From the human T2T-CHM13v2.0 reference genome, Homo sapiens, in the NCBI RefSeq assembly GCF_009914755.1, contig NC_060925.1: a DNA stretch of 64,000 nt, one strand, 5' to 3'. The notes beneath the pieces were generated by a model. The model was not told the DNA's origin. It worked only from the letters and a program-made list of their open reading frames with translations, and made no database searches. The first letter of the stretch is position 1. Each line of letters opens with the position of its first letter. Both the position numbers and the translations under genes were made by a program. This document shows positions 14,929 to 27,370 of the stretch, one piece after another.

Positions 14929-15626
14929 AAATTTTTTGTTTAAAAACGAATACACCAACACACACATTAGCCTATGCCAACACAGGGTGAGGATCATCAA
15001 TATCACCGTCTTCCACCTTTATGTCTTATCCTACTAGATGAATTTCAGCAGGCAGTAACACAACACGGAGCTGTTGTCTCCTACGATAACAATGTCTTCT
15101 TCTGGATGCCTCCTGAAGGACCGATCTGAGACTGTTCTTAAGGAGGTATCACTCTTTTCAGAAAGATGCTCATGGTGGTTTGTTTCTTTTTTCATGTTAG
15201 ATTTGTGTGAGTCTATCATGGGCTACATTATGAAGGCTGTGACTTCACCCAGCAATAGGAATATTTTTAGCTCCATTACAATCTTGTGGGATCACCCTTG
15301 TATATGAGGATTGTCATTGACCAAAACATTGTTACGCAGCGCATGATGGCAACATATCCTTGAACACAAAATTTCACTTCTGGGAATTTAGCTTATGGAT
15401 ATACTTGCAAAAGCACACTAAGCTATGTGTACATTCCTGTACATTTTCAAAGAGAAAGTTTATATCATTTTGGTCATGTTAAAGACTTGGGACCGGTGGT
15501 TATATTCCTGTACACATAGCATAGTGTGCTTTTGCAAGTATATCCATAAACTGACAGGACAGAATTGTTTGAAAAACAACCATGAATATAACATAAATGC
15601 TCATTAACAGAAAAGTGGTTAAATAA

Positions 15627-16241
<615 letters not shown>

Positions 16242-16440
16242 CATTTTATGGGATATTATGCAGCTGTTTTTTTGTTTTGTTTTGTTTTTTAACTTTGTGT
16301 GCTGATAGGGAACGATGCCAAGAATATTATTAAGTGAAAACTCATGTGGGAGAGCAATATGCATAATATGATACAACTTGTGAAAAAAAAAGAAAAGAAA
16401 AGAAAAGAAAGAAAGGAAGAAAAAGGCCAGTCTGCGCCCC

Positions 16441-16483
16441 GGACCGACTCTCCTTCCGCCGGAACGACCCTCCTTCCGCCGGA
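16441..16483 (+). repeat. 20-bp tandem duplication in the retrocopy 5'UTR
   Basis: ggaccgactctccttccgcc / ggaacgaccctccttccgcc / gga (2 mismatches). Confidence 0.9.
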
Positions 16484-16496
16484 GCCGCGTGGCCTC

Positions 16497-17255
16497 ATGG
16501 AAGGCATGGAGGACGCCGGAGAGGAGGCCGGAGAGGACGCCGGAGAGGACGCCAGAGAGGGTGCCGCAGCGCCGGCAGCCAGGGTGCACTTCCGCGTGGC
16601 GAGGTTCATCATGGAGGCAGGTGTCAAGCTAGGGATGCAGTCCATTCCCATTGCCACTGCTTGCACCATTTACCCTAAGTTCTTCTGCGAGACCATCCTG
16701 GACGCCTTTGACCCTTACCTGATTGCCATGTCTTCCATTTACTTGGCCGGCAAAGTGGAAGAGCAGCCCCTGTGGGCTCATGACATCATCAGTGTGTCCA
16801 ACAGGTACTTCAACCCAAGCAGTGAGCCCCTGGGATTGGACTCCCGCCTCTGGGAGCTCCGGGACAGCATTGTGCAGCGTGAGCTTCTCATGCTGAGAGT
16901 TCTGCGCTTCCAGGTCTCCTTCCAGCATCCACACAAGTACCTGCTCTACTACCTGGTTTCCCTCAAGAACTGGCTGAACTGCCACAGCTGGCAGCGGACC
17001 CCCGTTGCCGTCACTGCCTGGGCCCTGCTGCGGGACAGCTACCACGGGGGGCTGTGCCTCCGCTTCCAGGCCCAGCACATAGCTGTGGTGGTGCTCTACC
17101 TGGCCCTGCAGGTCTATGGAGTCGAGGTGCCCGCCGAGGTCGAGGCTGAGAAGCTGTGGTGGCAGGCGTTTAGTGACGACCTTACCAAGCCAATCATTGA
17201 TACTATTGTGTCTGATCTCATTCAGATTTATACCATAGACACAGAGATCCCCTAA
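16497..17255 (+). CDS. CCNQP1: Intact 252-aa cyclin-Q-like ORF of the retrocopy (translation in vivo unproven)
   Basis: ATG at 16497 (ctcATGG) is codon 52 of the 303-aa ORF 16344-17255. No stop or frameshift up to TAA at 17253-17255. Two cyclin folds of the cyclin C/K/T/Q type. Confidence 0.7.
   Translation: MEGMEDAGEEAGEDAGEDAREGAAAPAARVHFRVARFIMEAGVKLGMQSIPIATACTIYPKFFCETILDAFDPYLIAMSSIYLAGKVEEQPLWAHDIISVSNRYFNPSSEPLGLDSRLWELRDSIVQRELLMLRVLRFQVSFQHPHKYLLYYLVSLKNWLNCHSWQRTPVAVTAWALLRDSYHGGLCLRFQAQHIAVVVLYLALQVYGVEVPAEVEAEKLWWQAFSDDLTKPIIDTIVSDLIQIYTIDTEIP
16509..16568 (+). repeat. In-frame 12-bp coding minisatellite ([20 protein letters not shown])
   Basis: gaggacgccgga, gaggaggccgga, gaggacgccgga, gaggacgccaga, plus degenerate gagggtgccgca. 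Confidence 0.9.
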
Positions 17256-17565
17256 GGCCCTGGCCCAGGCCTGCCCAAAGAGAAGCCCAGGATGGTCAGC
17301 TGCCTGGGGACATTGCCACCACATCGCTATGATGGCTGGTCCCCAGAGGACCAGCTGGGAGGACTGGTTGTGCTGCTGGAGAAGGGCTGGTGAAGGCGAT
17401 GACATGCTGCCGCTTTGACAGTCCCTAGCAGTCACGGTCCAGATGATGATGGTAGCTGTGCCTCCAGCGGGCAGGCCGGGAGCACACTGGGTGCAGCTGA
17501 CCCAAAGGAGCCACATCTGCTTTTGTCCTTTGAGAGGACTCTGACTACAATAGAGGCATGATGCC

Positions 17566-17571
17566 AATAAA
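17566..17571 (+). terminator. AATAAA candidate polyadenylation signal in the retrocopy 3'UTR
   Basis: Only AATAAA hexamer I see in the 3'UTR. It lies about 120 nt upstream of the retroposed poly(A) tail. Confidence 0.35.
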
Positions 17572-17729
17572 AGGAAAATCATGTTATCGATGACACTGAA
17601 TCCCTAGGGATTTTTTTTAAGCCAGATTTATAGCGAGAATGAATGTGCAATGTGGCTGAAATCTATTTTGTGTAAAAAAAGGTGATGCAAGTCAAAAAAA
17701 AAAAAAAGAAAGAAAGAAAAAAAGAAAAA

Positions 17730-17913
17730 GGCCAGGCGCGGTGGCTCATGCCTGTAATCCCAGCACTTGGGGAGCCGGAGGCGGGTGGATTACCTGAGGT
17801 CAGGAGTTCGGACCAGCCTAGCCAGCATGGTGAAACCCTGTCTCTACTAAAAATACAAAAATTAGCGGGGAATGGTGGCACATGTCTGTAATCCCAGCTA
17901 CTAAGGGGGCTGA
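17730..17913 (+). mobile_element. AluS, right arm truncated
   Basis: ggccaggcgcggtggctcatg... stops at ggggctgagg. Confidence 0.92.
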
Positions 17914-17958
17914 GGATGGATGGATGGATGGATGGATGGATGGATGGATGGATGGATG
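17914..17958 (+). repeat. (GGAT)n microsatellite
   Basis: About 11 perfect units. Confidence 0.95.
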
Positions 17959-18225
17959 ATTGTTTTCAAAGAGAAATTTTCTAGAACTATTTACCATTTT
18001 GGTCATTTAAAGACTTGGGACTGGTGGTTAGAGGATGGGGGACACATCTTTTGTTTCTCATTTGATTATACTTTCTATTTGAATTTTTTTTACCATGATC
18101 ATTTACATGAATAACCACATGCACTCTGATGCCTTGCGGGGGGGATGTTAGCCCTGAGGCCAGTCTGGACCCTGGCTGCCAGTGTGGCATACAGGAGATG
18201 ATGGGACTCTGTGAACACAAGCACC

Positions 18226-18606
18226 ACTGTGGTTTGAGTATGTCCCTCAGAGTGCATGTGCTGGAAATGTGGTCCCCAGTGTGGCAGTTGGAAAGGTAGG
18301 GACTTTAAGAGGTGATTAGGTCATTAAGAGGAATTAATGCTACTCTCCAGGGAATGCGTTATTTCTCATGAGAGTAAGTGAGCTCTCACTCTCTTTCAGG
18401 ACTGGATTAGTTATCTCAAGAGCACGTTGTTATAAAGTGAAATAGTCCCTATGTTCTGCCTCTGACTTCTTCCTTTCTGCCATGTGGTATGCTAATGCTG
18501 TGCTCTTGGACTTTACAGCCTCCAGAACTATGAGCCCAGTAAACTCTCCTTTATAAATTACCTAGTCTCAGGCATTCTGTTATAGCAACAGAAAACACAC
18601 TAAGAC
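18226..18606 (+). mobile_element. MST-family MaLR LTR
   Basis: tgtggtttgagtatgtccc...gcctccagaactatgag..ataaattacctagtctcaggcattctgttatagcaacagaaaa. Confidence 0.8.
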
Positions 18607-18639
18607 CTCCCTTCTGGTGCACACCTTTTATTTTTTCCC

Positions 18640-19180
18640 TTCCCAGTATTCCTTTCCCCTTCTTTTAGTAACAGGACCCATTTTCCTTTCTGCAACTGCT
18701 TTTCTTCCACCTCTCAGTCCATGTTTCAGGTTGGGAACTGGACTTTGACCCCCAGTTCCAAAGGTGGGCCTTGACCTTGGGCTGGCCAGGGCACCACAGA
18801 ACTATCACAATGGCTTCAAGGAGGGGCACTGGCTCAAGCATGACCAATAAGAACATCCTCCAGTACTTCAGCTAGTGCTCCTGGACCAAGGCTCTCCCCT
18901 TCCCTCTAAGTGCGGGAGTACTAGAACAAATGTCTGGAACTGCTTTGACCATTGTTGCCACGACTGGGTGGATATTTTCCTGAAAATAAAGCAAAACAGA
19001 GGAAAGCAGAGCTTATGTGATGAGAGACAGATTCCTGTGGACACAGAGCACCTGGATCCAGCCATGCAGAACCCTTCTTAATTGCTTTTCTGTTATCTTA
19101 AACTTTATATGAGCTAATAAATTCTCATTTTTCCTTGAGCTGGTTTGAATTATTCTATTAATTTCATCCAAGAGTCTCTA
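18640..19180 (+). mobile_element. Old MLT1 (J/K-like) LTR relic
   Basis: gagcacctggatccagccatgc..gagctaataaattctcatttt..gctggtttgaatt. Confidence 0.5.
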
Positions 19181-20128
19181 TAAATGTAAGCACCTTAGTA
19201 ATTTCTTCAACAGCCAGCAGAGCCCATAGTGCCTTTTTAAGCCTTTGCCCAACGGTGTGGACTCCCAAGCAGCAGCACTTACCGTAAATATTTTTCATCA
19301 TTTTGCTTGTGGTTTCCTTATGCTCCCACCCAGTCCTAGTACAGGGTCGAGCAGAGAGCAGAAACTCCTTGAAATGTTTGTTGCATGGGGCAATCATTCT
19401 AATTTTCAATATCCTAACATTGCCTCTGTGTAAGACACAAATATGTCTTAAATATATGTAAGACATGAATACTTTTTGTGCCTATTTTTTTTCTTACATT
19501 TTGGGTCTTTGCAGATATTAAAACTTTGGAATAGATGATGCAGAGCATAGATTCCTAAGCCTCAACTCTTCTTGCAAAACTTGAAGGACCAAGCTTTGCA
19601 AGAAGAGTTGAGGCTTAGGAATCTATGCTCTGCATCATCTATTCTGCTGCTCTGCCGCAGACCACACAAAGCCTTACTCAAACCTGCTACTCTAATGCTT
19701 GATGTCTGTATATTTATAAATTACTATAATAAGGCGAGAATTATAAGGACAGAAAAAACCTTTAAGTGAGCAGCCCAATTTATTTTTTCTTTTATTTCTC
19801 TCGTTCTTGATTTCTTTCTAGTTTGTTACCAAATTCTTAAACATTAGCAATTTAAAATATGTTCGAAATGGAAAAAATTGAAAATGGCCTGTTCTCTGAA
19901 AGTTCCTAGTTCGTAGTTGTAATAGCTGTTCAACATCTTCTTGTAGCCATAAGACAACTGCAGTTCCAGGCGTAGAAATCCTGATCCTGTTTCAGTGGTC
20001 AACACTCACTAAATAGTCTCTTACTACCCAAGAAACTGCTGTATGTCACAGGGAAATTCAATAAACAAGGTACACATCAGTCCATTGCATCTGAAACAGC
20101 ATATTCACTACTTATCACTCAAATGTGA

Positions 20129-20434
<306 letters not shown>

Positions 20435-21145
20435 TGAATTTCTAACCCATATGCAAACACAACCATCCCAGAAATGTGACTGGCAGGAGGAACCCTCATC
20501 CCTCAGTGGAAGATGTTCCCATTTATCTCCTCACAGATGTCACCACCACATGCCCTACTTAGTGGCCAGGAGTTCAGTGAGACGCTGCTCACCACATTAA
20601 TTCATCAAGAGCAGGGTCAGCGCTGGCTCTGGGCACCCTGCACCCGCTCACCCTCTCACTGTGAAAGTTCACTGCCAGCCACCTCCTCAAACTGTCCATA
20701 AATCTTGGGAGATTTGGGGGCTCTGCCTGGGGCTCACCCTAAGGAGACACCACACTTCCTTGCCACACCTACCACAGACTCAGAGTCATCCAACAAGACC
20801 TGAAACAGAAAGTGACAGTTACAACGAGACACCTTACGAGGGGGTGTGGTGTGCGCAGTGCACAGTGAAGAGGCATCTGTTAGCTCTGGACACACCTCTC
20901 ATCCCTTTGCTGCAGGACAGGTTGGCTGTGACCCACAGCAAATATAGTATGTAACAGCAGCCCTAACTGTGTCTGGCTGTCATGACTTGCAGGAGTCCTG
21001 GGGACCAAAAAGGCTGTAGCCTTCGCCTTTCAGTGTTCGATCTTTTGGTATCAATAAAATCAAAGGCAGACACAAAAGGGAATTGGAAAACCCAAGAGGA
21101 AAATACCACTGATACATTTCACTCAGCTGTTCCTACGGCTCCATG

Positions 21146-21508
21146 CCTTGGTCCATTCAGGCTGCTGTAACAAAGTACCACAGACTGAGTGGCTTACGAA
21201 TAACAACAATTTATTTCTCACAGTTCTGGAGGCTGAAAATCTGAGATCAGGGTGCCCTCATGGTAGGGTTCCGGGAGGGCCATCTTCCAGGTTGCAGAAA
21301 GCCGTCTTTTCATTGTATCCTCATATGGTAGTAAGAGGCTAGAGAGCTCTCTGGGATTTCTTTTATAAGGGCACTAATCCCATTCATGAAAGCTGCACCC
21401 TCATGACTTAAACTACCTCCCAAAGGCCCGACATCCTAATACTATCACTTTGGGGGTAATATTTCAAAAAAGAAATGGGAGGGGGACACAAACATTCAGT
21501 CCATAACA
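21146..21508 (-). mobile_element. MLT1A-like MaLR LTR
   Basis: gtccattcaggctgctgtaacaaagtacc...gggggacacaaacattcagtccataaca. Confidence 0.85.
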
Positions 21509-23119
21509 CTCCATGATACTTATACAAGGCAAAGCCTGGCCTTGGTGGCAGCCCAGTGGATTCCAGTTGTGTGTTCCCAGTGATGGCTGGAGAAAACACT
21601 GAACCCAAGAATAATGAAATGTTGGCCATGGTGGCCTACAAGGAAAAGCTACTGGCAATTGAGCCTTGATCCTGTTTTCAGGATCAAGATTTGAGAATTT
21701 TTTGTTAATGCTATTTAGCTCAAAGGTATGCTTTTCTCAGTTCTGCTCTGCATATAGTTTCTTGAATCCACTCCTCTTTCCCTCACTTGCGTTGCTGCAC
21801 CTGCCCTCTGTGCTGTCAGTTCTTCCTTACTTAGGTCCACCCTGCACACCACCACCTCTACCTGAATAGCCCCTCATCTGAATACATGGAATCAGGCAGA
21901 CCTGTATTTATTCATGTTACTCTCCTCAACCCATAAAATATGTTAGCATTATGATCAGCAGGTCACCACCTGCTGAGATCACTTAAAAGAGTGTGTGCAT
22001 GTGCGTCTGTGTGTGTGTATGCATATAAAGAGTCTGTGTATATATATATATATTATAAAAACAGTACAGTATATATTGATCATATTATGTAACTGATTCT
22101 TCAGCATCTGCAGAAAAAATCTCAAAGTCCCTTGTCAACTCACTACCTGATTCTCCCTCATCACTCATGAAACCCCCATTCCACTGTACTGCAGCTCATA
22201 CTACTCCATTTGCCCAGAAAGCCTCCTCTTTTTTATTTACCTCAGTACTGAACTGAAAGCACCTTGAAGGAAGGAATCATTTTATACCCATCTAACTTGA
22301 TGTTTGAGAATAATAGGTGATTAATTCTTGGATTGACTGATTGATGACTTCTCTTCAGCCTTGTGATACACAGCTCAGAGTCCATTGCTTCCATAGGAGC
22401 TCATCGCCCACCTGCCTGCAGGGATCCCTTCCTCTTTTGAACGGGCACCTATTGGCTGTGCAATCCATTCAGCAACACACCATGAGATATCATTCTTTTG
22501 CTATTGTATTGTGCCTTTTAAATTAAAAAAAAAATTGGAAAATTTTTGTGGGTATGTTCTATTTTTTATGAGTTTATGCTTAATCTCTTCAGGGACCATA
22601 TAATTTTTTTTCCCTACCACCATCTCTAAAGTCTTAAATAGGTCTCACAAAAAGTACAAACAATATTCATCCACTATAATTTAGAATATTAGTATTATTA
22701 ATTCTAGAATATTAGAATTAATTCTAATTATGTATCTTGTTTAATTATAGGTAATTGATATTCATTATTAATTAAAACCAAATAGGTTTATTTTTACATG
22801 CTAGAATTTTGTAATTTCACATTTTTTTACACTGGAAAGTCAAGCTTTCTCTTTTCATCTTTTAGCAATTGTGAATGACACATGAAACATGACCTTTTGG
22901 TACTGAACTTAGTACTTTATAGTACTAAATTTATAATACTAATTATAGTACTATAAATAGTGCTAATTATAGTACTAATTTATTTCTAAATTGAGTACTT
23001 TATACACAATTTAGAAATTGAAGTGTAATTCCTAAGATTAGGAAAGATACATCGTCTAATTGGTCTTTGATATCTGTCCATGTGCATATGAGGATGTATT
23101 ATTTTGTGTATCACCTTTT

Positions 23120-23935
<816 letters not shown>

Positions 23936-24249
23936 ATCTGAAGATAGAAATTTTTACTTAATGTAAATAATAAAAAGAGAGTTTCTATGACAAACTAGAA
24001 TGCTGTAAGTACAGATCAAAAGAGTCTTGTGAAAAGACAATCAGGGAAAAACAAGTTTCTTGTAGTGAGATGGATTGAGTGAACTTATATCTGAAATATG
24101 AAGAAAATACTTTAAAACTCAAGCAAAAAAAGAAAATAATATTGAAGACTTTATTATTTGAGGTCTTACTGATTTGTTTGGTTTGAGAAAAGAGTCCAGG
24201 ATACACATAATGACCGTGACAGGTAACCACAAAAAGCTGAAGGGGTTGC

Positions 24250-25000
24250 CTGTGTCACTGCCCTAGTCCAAGCCAGTGTTCTCACCCAAACCATGATACA
24301 GTAAGAGCCTCCCACTAGTCTCCCCACAACCTCTACTGCCACATGTCCACACTGAAGCCAGAAATGTCTTTTTAAAATTTTTTTTTTATTTTTTAGAGAT
24401 GGGTTCTTGCTACATTGGCCAGGCTGGTCTCAAACTCCTGGCCTCAGGTAATCCTTCCATCTCGGCCTCCCAAAGTGCTGAGATTACAGACATGAGCCAC
24501 CACGCCTGGCCCCGATATATCTTTTCGATGTCTGCTGAATGTCACCATTCCTTCAAAAAATATTCCCTTGCCCCTCAGATGAAGCCCTTGAGTAGGGTCT
24601 CAGGACTGCATGCTGTGGCCCTGCCTTCTCCCCCAGCTTCCGTGATCTCTCTGTGCCCTCTAGCTCTACAGGCTTTCTGGAAGTCCTCCAAGTTTGTCGT
24701 GCTCCCTCCCACCTCTGGGCCTTTGCACATGCTATTCCCTCTGTCTGGTACACTCCCCAGGTCTCACCTCCAAACCACATCCTCCCCTTGAACTCTCCTC
24801 AGACTCTCATCTTTATCTCTCAAATCTCCGTGCCATGGGCAGCCTCTCAGGGAACCCTTTGCTGATGCCCTTGTCCAGGCAAGGATCTCGGTCATAAGCT
24901 AGTAGGGACCTTATACCTTTCCCTCCCAGCTTTGGCTGAGTGAGCAATTATTTGATTTTTGTGTCTCCCACAGCTGACTGTGGGCAGAGCCAACCCTACT
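24250..25000 (+). mobile_element. L2 relic containing a FLAM/Alu left monomer (-) at about 24376-24511
   Basis: gggcctttgcacatgctattccctctgtctgg L2 motif; monomeric Alu. Confidence 0.7.
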
Positions 25001-25732
25001 GGGTTTGTGCCCTGCACAAAGGTGCCCAGCCCAGGTCACTGTCCAGTAAAGTCCTGCCTGGGCTCTGCCTGCCAAGCTCTGCCTAGGTCTGTGTCACACA
25101 GTTTTTGGTTTTTCTCTTGGGGAGATGAGGGGTGGGGATGGTAGTTTATACTGGATACTCCATGAGAACAGGGGTGGCTTCTGATTTAGGTCACCATTGA
25201 ATCCCCAACAGTTAGCATAGGGAAGACACTCAGCAAATATTGCCTTAATTAGTTCATTTAGTAATTAAGGGCCAGTTCAGTCAGGGCTTATCTTAATTTG
25301 AGGACTGTCTAAATTTTTCTTGCCTCTAAGTACCATGTTGCCCTAAATTACTCGTACTCCATTGCCATCCCTCGAGTATTCCCTAACCACAAATTCCTCT
25401 GGGAAGGGAAACACTAAATCAATAACATCTTAATGTGAGTTAATTTATCCAAGATTAAAAAGTCAATTGCTTTACAAGACCCCCAGAAAATAAGGTAAAG
25501 AACATGTGAGTTGTAAAGGGGAAGAAAGTTCTAGAAACCTCCCAATATTTTCCAGGCTTTGAGCTTTTTCTCTGACAAGAAATAGTTATAATAAGTCATA
25601 AGCTATAATTCCTTTTCACTGTAAAATGAAATGGTTACTTAAAATTAATTAAGTTTCTACCATATAGATTGATCAAGATGTTAGCAACCATATTCCTTTT
25701 TCCCATTCTAACCTTTCCATAACATACTTTCA

Positions 25733-26070
25733 ACCAGGAATGGATCTAAATTGGGGGGGGCCTGAAACTAGTATAATTCAGGGATCTTCTTTAAGAAAAA
25801 TGTATAAAAGTACAAATACAAAATACCCGTGATGGTTGTGGGTACAAAATACCCACAGCTATCCCAAATCACCCAACATGGGAAGAAGTATGAGAGTGGA
25901 GTGGTATGGTTAAAATTTCTCACCAAATGTCACACAAATATATGACCACGTGAAAATAAATGTAATCACATACAACCGTGTGACACACACACACCCTTCC
26001 CCCGGAGGCTCAGAATGGGTCATGCATGGAAGGAGCCCTGCAAAGTCTGCCTCGGCATTCAGTAAATCCT
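25733..26070. mobile_element. MER63-like hAT element
   Basis: ggatctaaattggggggggcctgaaac..ctttaagaaaaatgtataaaagtacaaatacaaaat. Confidence 0.5.
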
Positions 26071-26284
26071 AGTTCAGCTCTCTCTCAGTCTCTTCTAATT
26101 CCTGTGGAGAGGGCCCATTTCTTATTTTATACACATGTGTCAAATGTCTTTTTCAGACTCCTTTTGTATTATTTTCTATCTCATTTTTGTTTAGCTCTGT
26201 AAAACCTTATGTTTGAATCTTCACTATGGTCAATTACACAATAAACGAGTCTTTTGTTTTTTAAATAAATAAGTCTTTGGTTTT

Positions 26285-26880
26285 AGTCATCTTTGTTGAG
26301 CCCCTCCTATGTACCAGGCTGTGGTAAGCCCTGGGGATACAGCCAGGAACATGAGGGGCAGGGTCCAAACTTTCCACTGGTAGTTGTAGGAGAAAGACAA
26401 TAAACAGATAGATAAACTATCAAATATTAGGGAGTGAGAAGACGAGAACAGCAGGGAATGTGGTCAAGAGTGAACAGGTGATCTGGGACAGCCTCTCTGA
26501 AAAAGTGGCATTTCAGTGGCACCTGAGTGACAAGAAAGAAACAACCACACAAAGCTGGTCAATTTCATAGATTAGTGCAAAAGTCCGTTGATTTGTGCAA
26601 AAGCAACGAGCCTGTTCAAGGAGCAGAAAGAAGACCAGTGAAGCCCCACAAGAAAGTCCAGGCTTTGGAGGCCAGGGTAATGAGTTTGGATTTTATTCTA
26701 AGTGCAGTGGGAAGTTTCTGAAAAGAACTAGGGAAAAATGATGACATGACATTTTACATTTTTAAGTAATCACTCTGGCTACTGTGTAGAGGATGGATTT
26801 GTAGTGGGAGCAAGAGTGGAAGCAAGGAAGCTAGGGAGGAGGCCTTTCAATTGAACAATAGGGGAGCTTGGGGCAAAGCT
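26285..26880 (-). mobile_element. L2 3' fragment
   Basis: tttgttgagcccctcctatgtaccaggc...gagtttggattttattctaagtgcagtgggaag. Confidence 0.75.
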
Positions 26881-27189
26881 ATGCTTTTGGTCACCAGCAG
26901 AGTCCCCCCTACGCGGGGCCACTCCTCCCTCAACCACTGTTTAGGCATTTGGTAGGACCCTGAGAAAATACAAAAAACAACTGCCAAATACCTGTCTAGC
27001 ATTGCCTATGTTTTTCCAGATCTATTTTTCCAAGTATCTTCTCTGCATATTGTATACCTAAAAGGATGGAGGATGAGGGAGGGTATGGGAGAAGACAGGA
27101 AGCCAGCTCACTCCCAAGTTTTTCTTTAAAGATAGAAAAAATAATTCCTAAATTGGGGGCACAAAATTAGAATGACCCCACCCAACCCA

Positions 27190-27370
27190 GCTCTAGAGTT
27201 AGGCAGACATAGACTCAAGTCCTGGCTCCACTAGTTATCAGCTATGAGACCTCACTTTACTTCTCTGCACCTCAGCTTCCTGATCTCTAAAATTGAGTTT
27301 GTTTATAGTATTTCAGTGGGGATTTAATGAAATCATGCAAGTAAACCACATTGTTTGTTGCTAGGTAAAA
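27190..27370 (+). mobile_element. MIR
   Basis: caagtcctggctccactag..cacctcagcttcctgatctctaaaat. Confidence 0.7.

Larger units (their letters stand above)
16431..17721 (+). pseudogene. CCNQP1: Processed retrocopy of cyclin Q (CCNQ/FAM58A, cyclin M): 5'UTR, intronless CDS, 3'UTR and poly(A) tail; likely CCNQP1 (FAM58BP)
   Basis: Intronless cyclin-box ORF. GC/CpG-rich 5' end. A-rich tail from 17694. Identical 14-bp TSD AAGAAAAAGGCCAG at 16417-16430 and 17722-17735. Protein is recognisably CCNQ-like ([41 protein letters not shown]). Symbol is from recall of the 252-aa FAM58B sequence beginning [10 protein letters not shown]. Confidence 0.93.

Noticed and set aside
16629-17582. 317-aa ORF antisense to the retrocopy
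   Set aside because: Shadow frame of a GC-rich coding sequence; no recognisable domain and a weak start.
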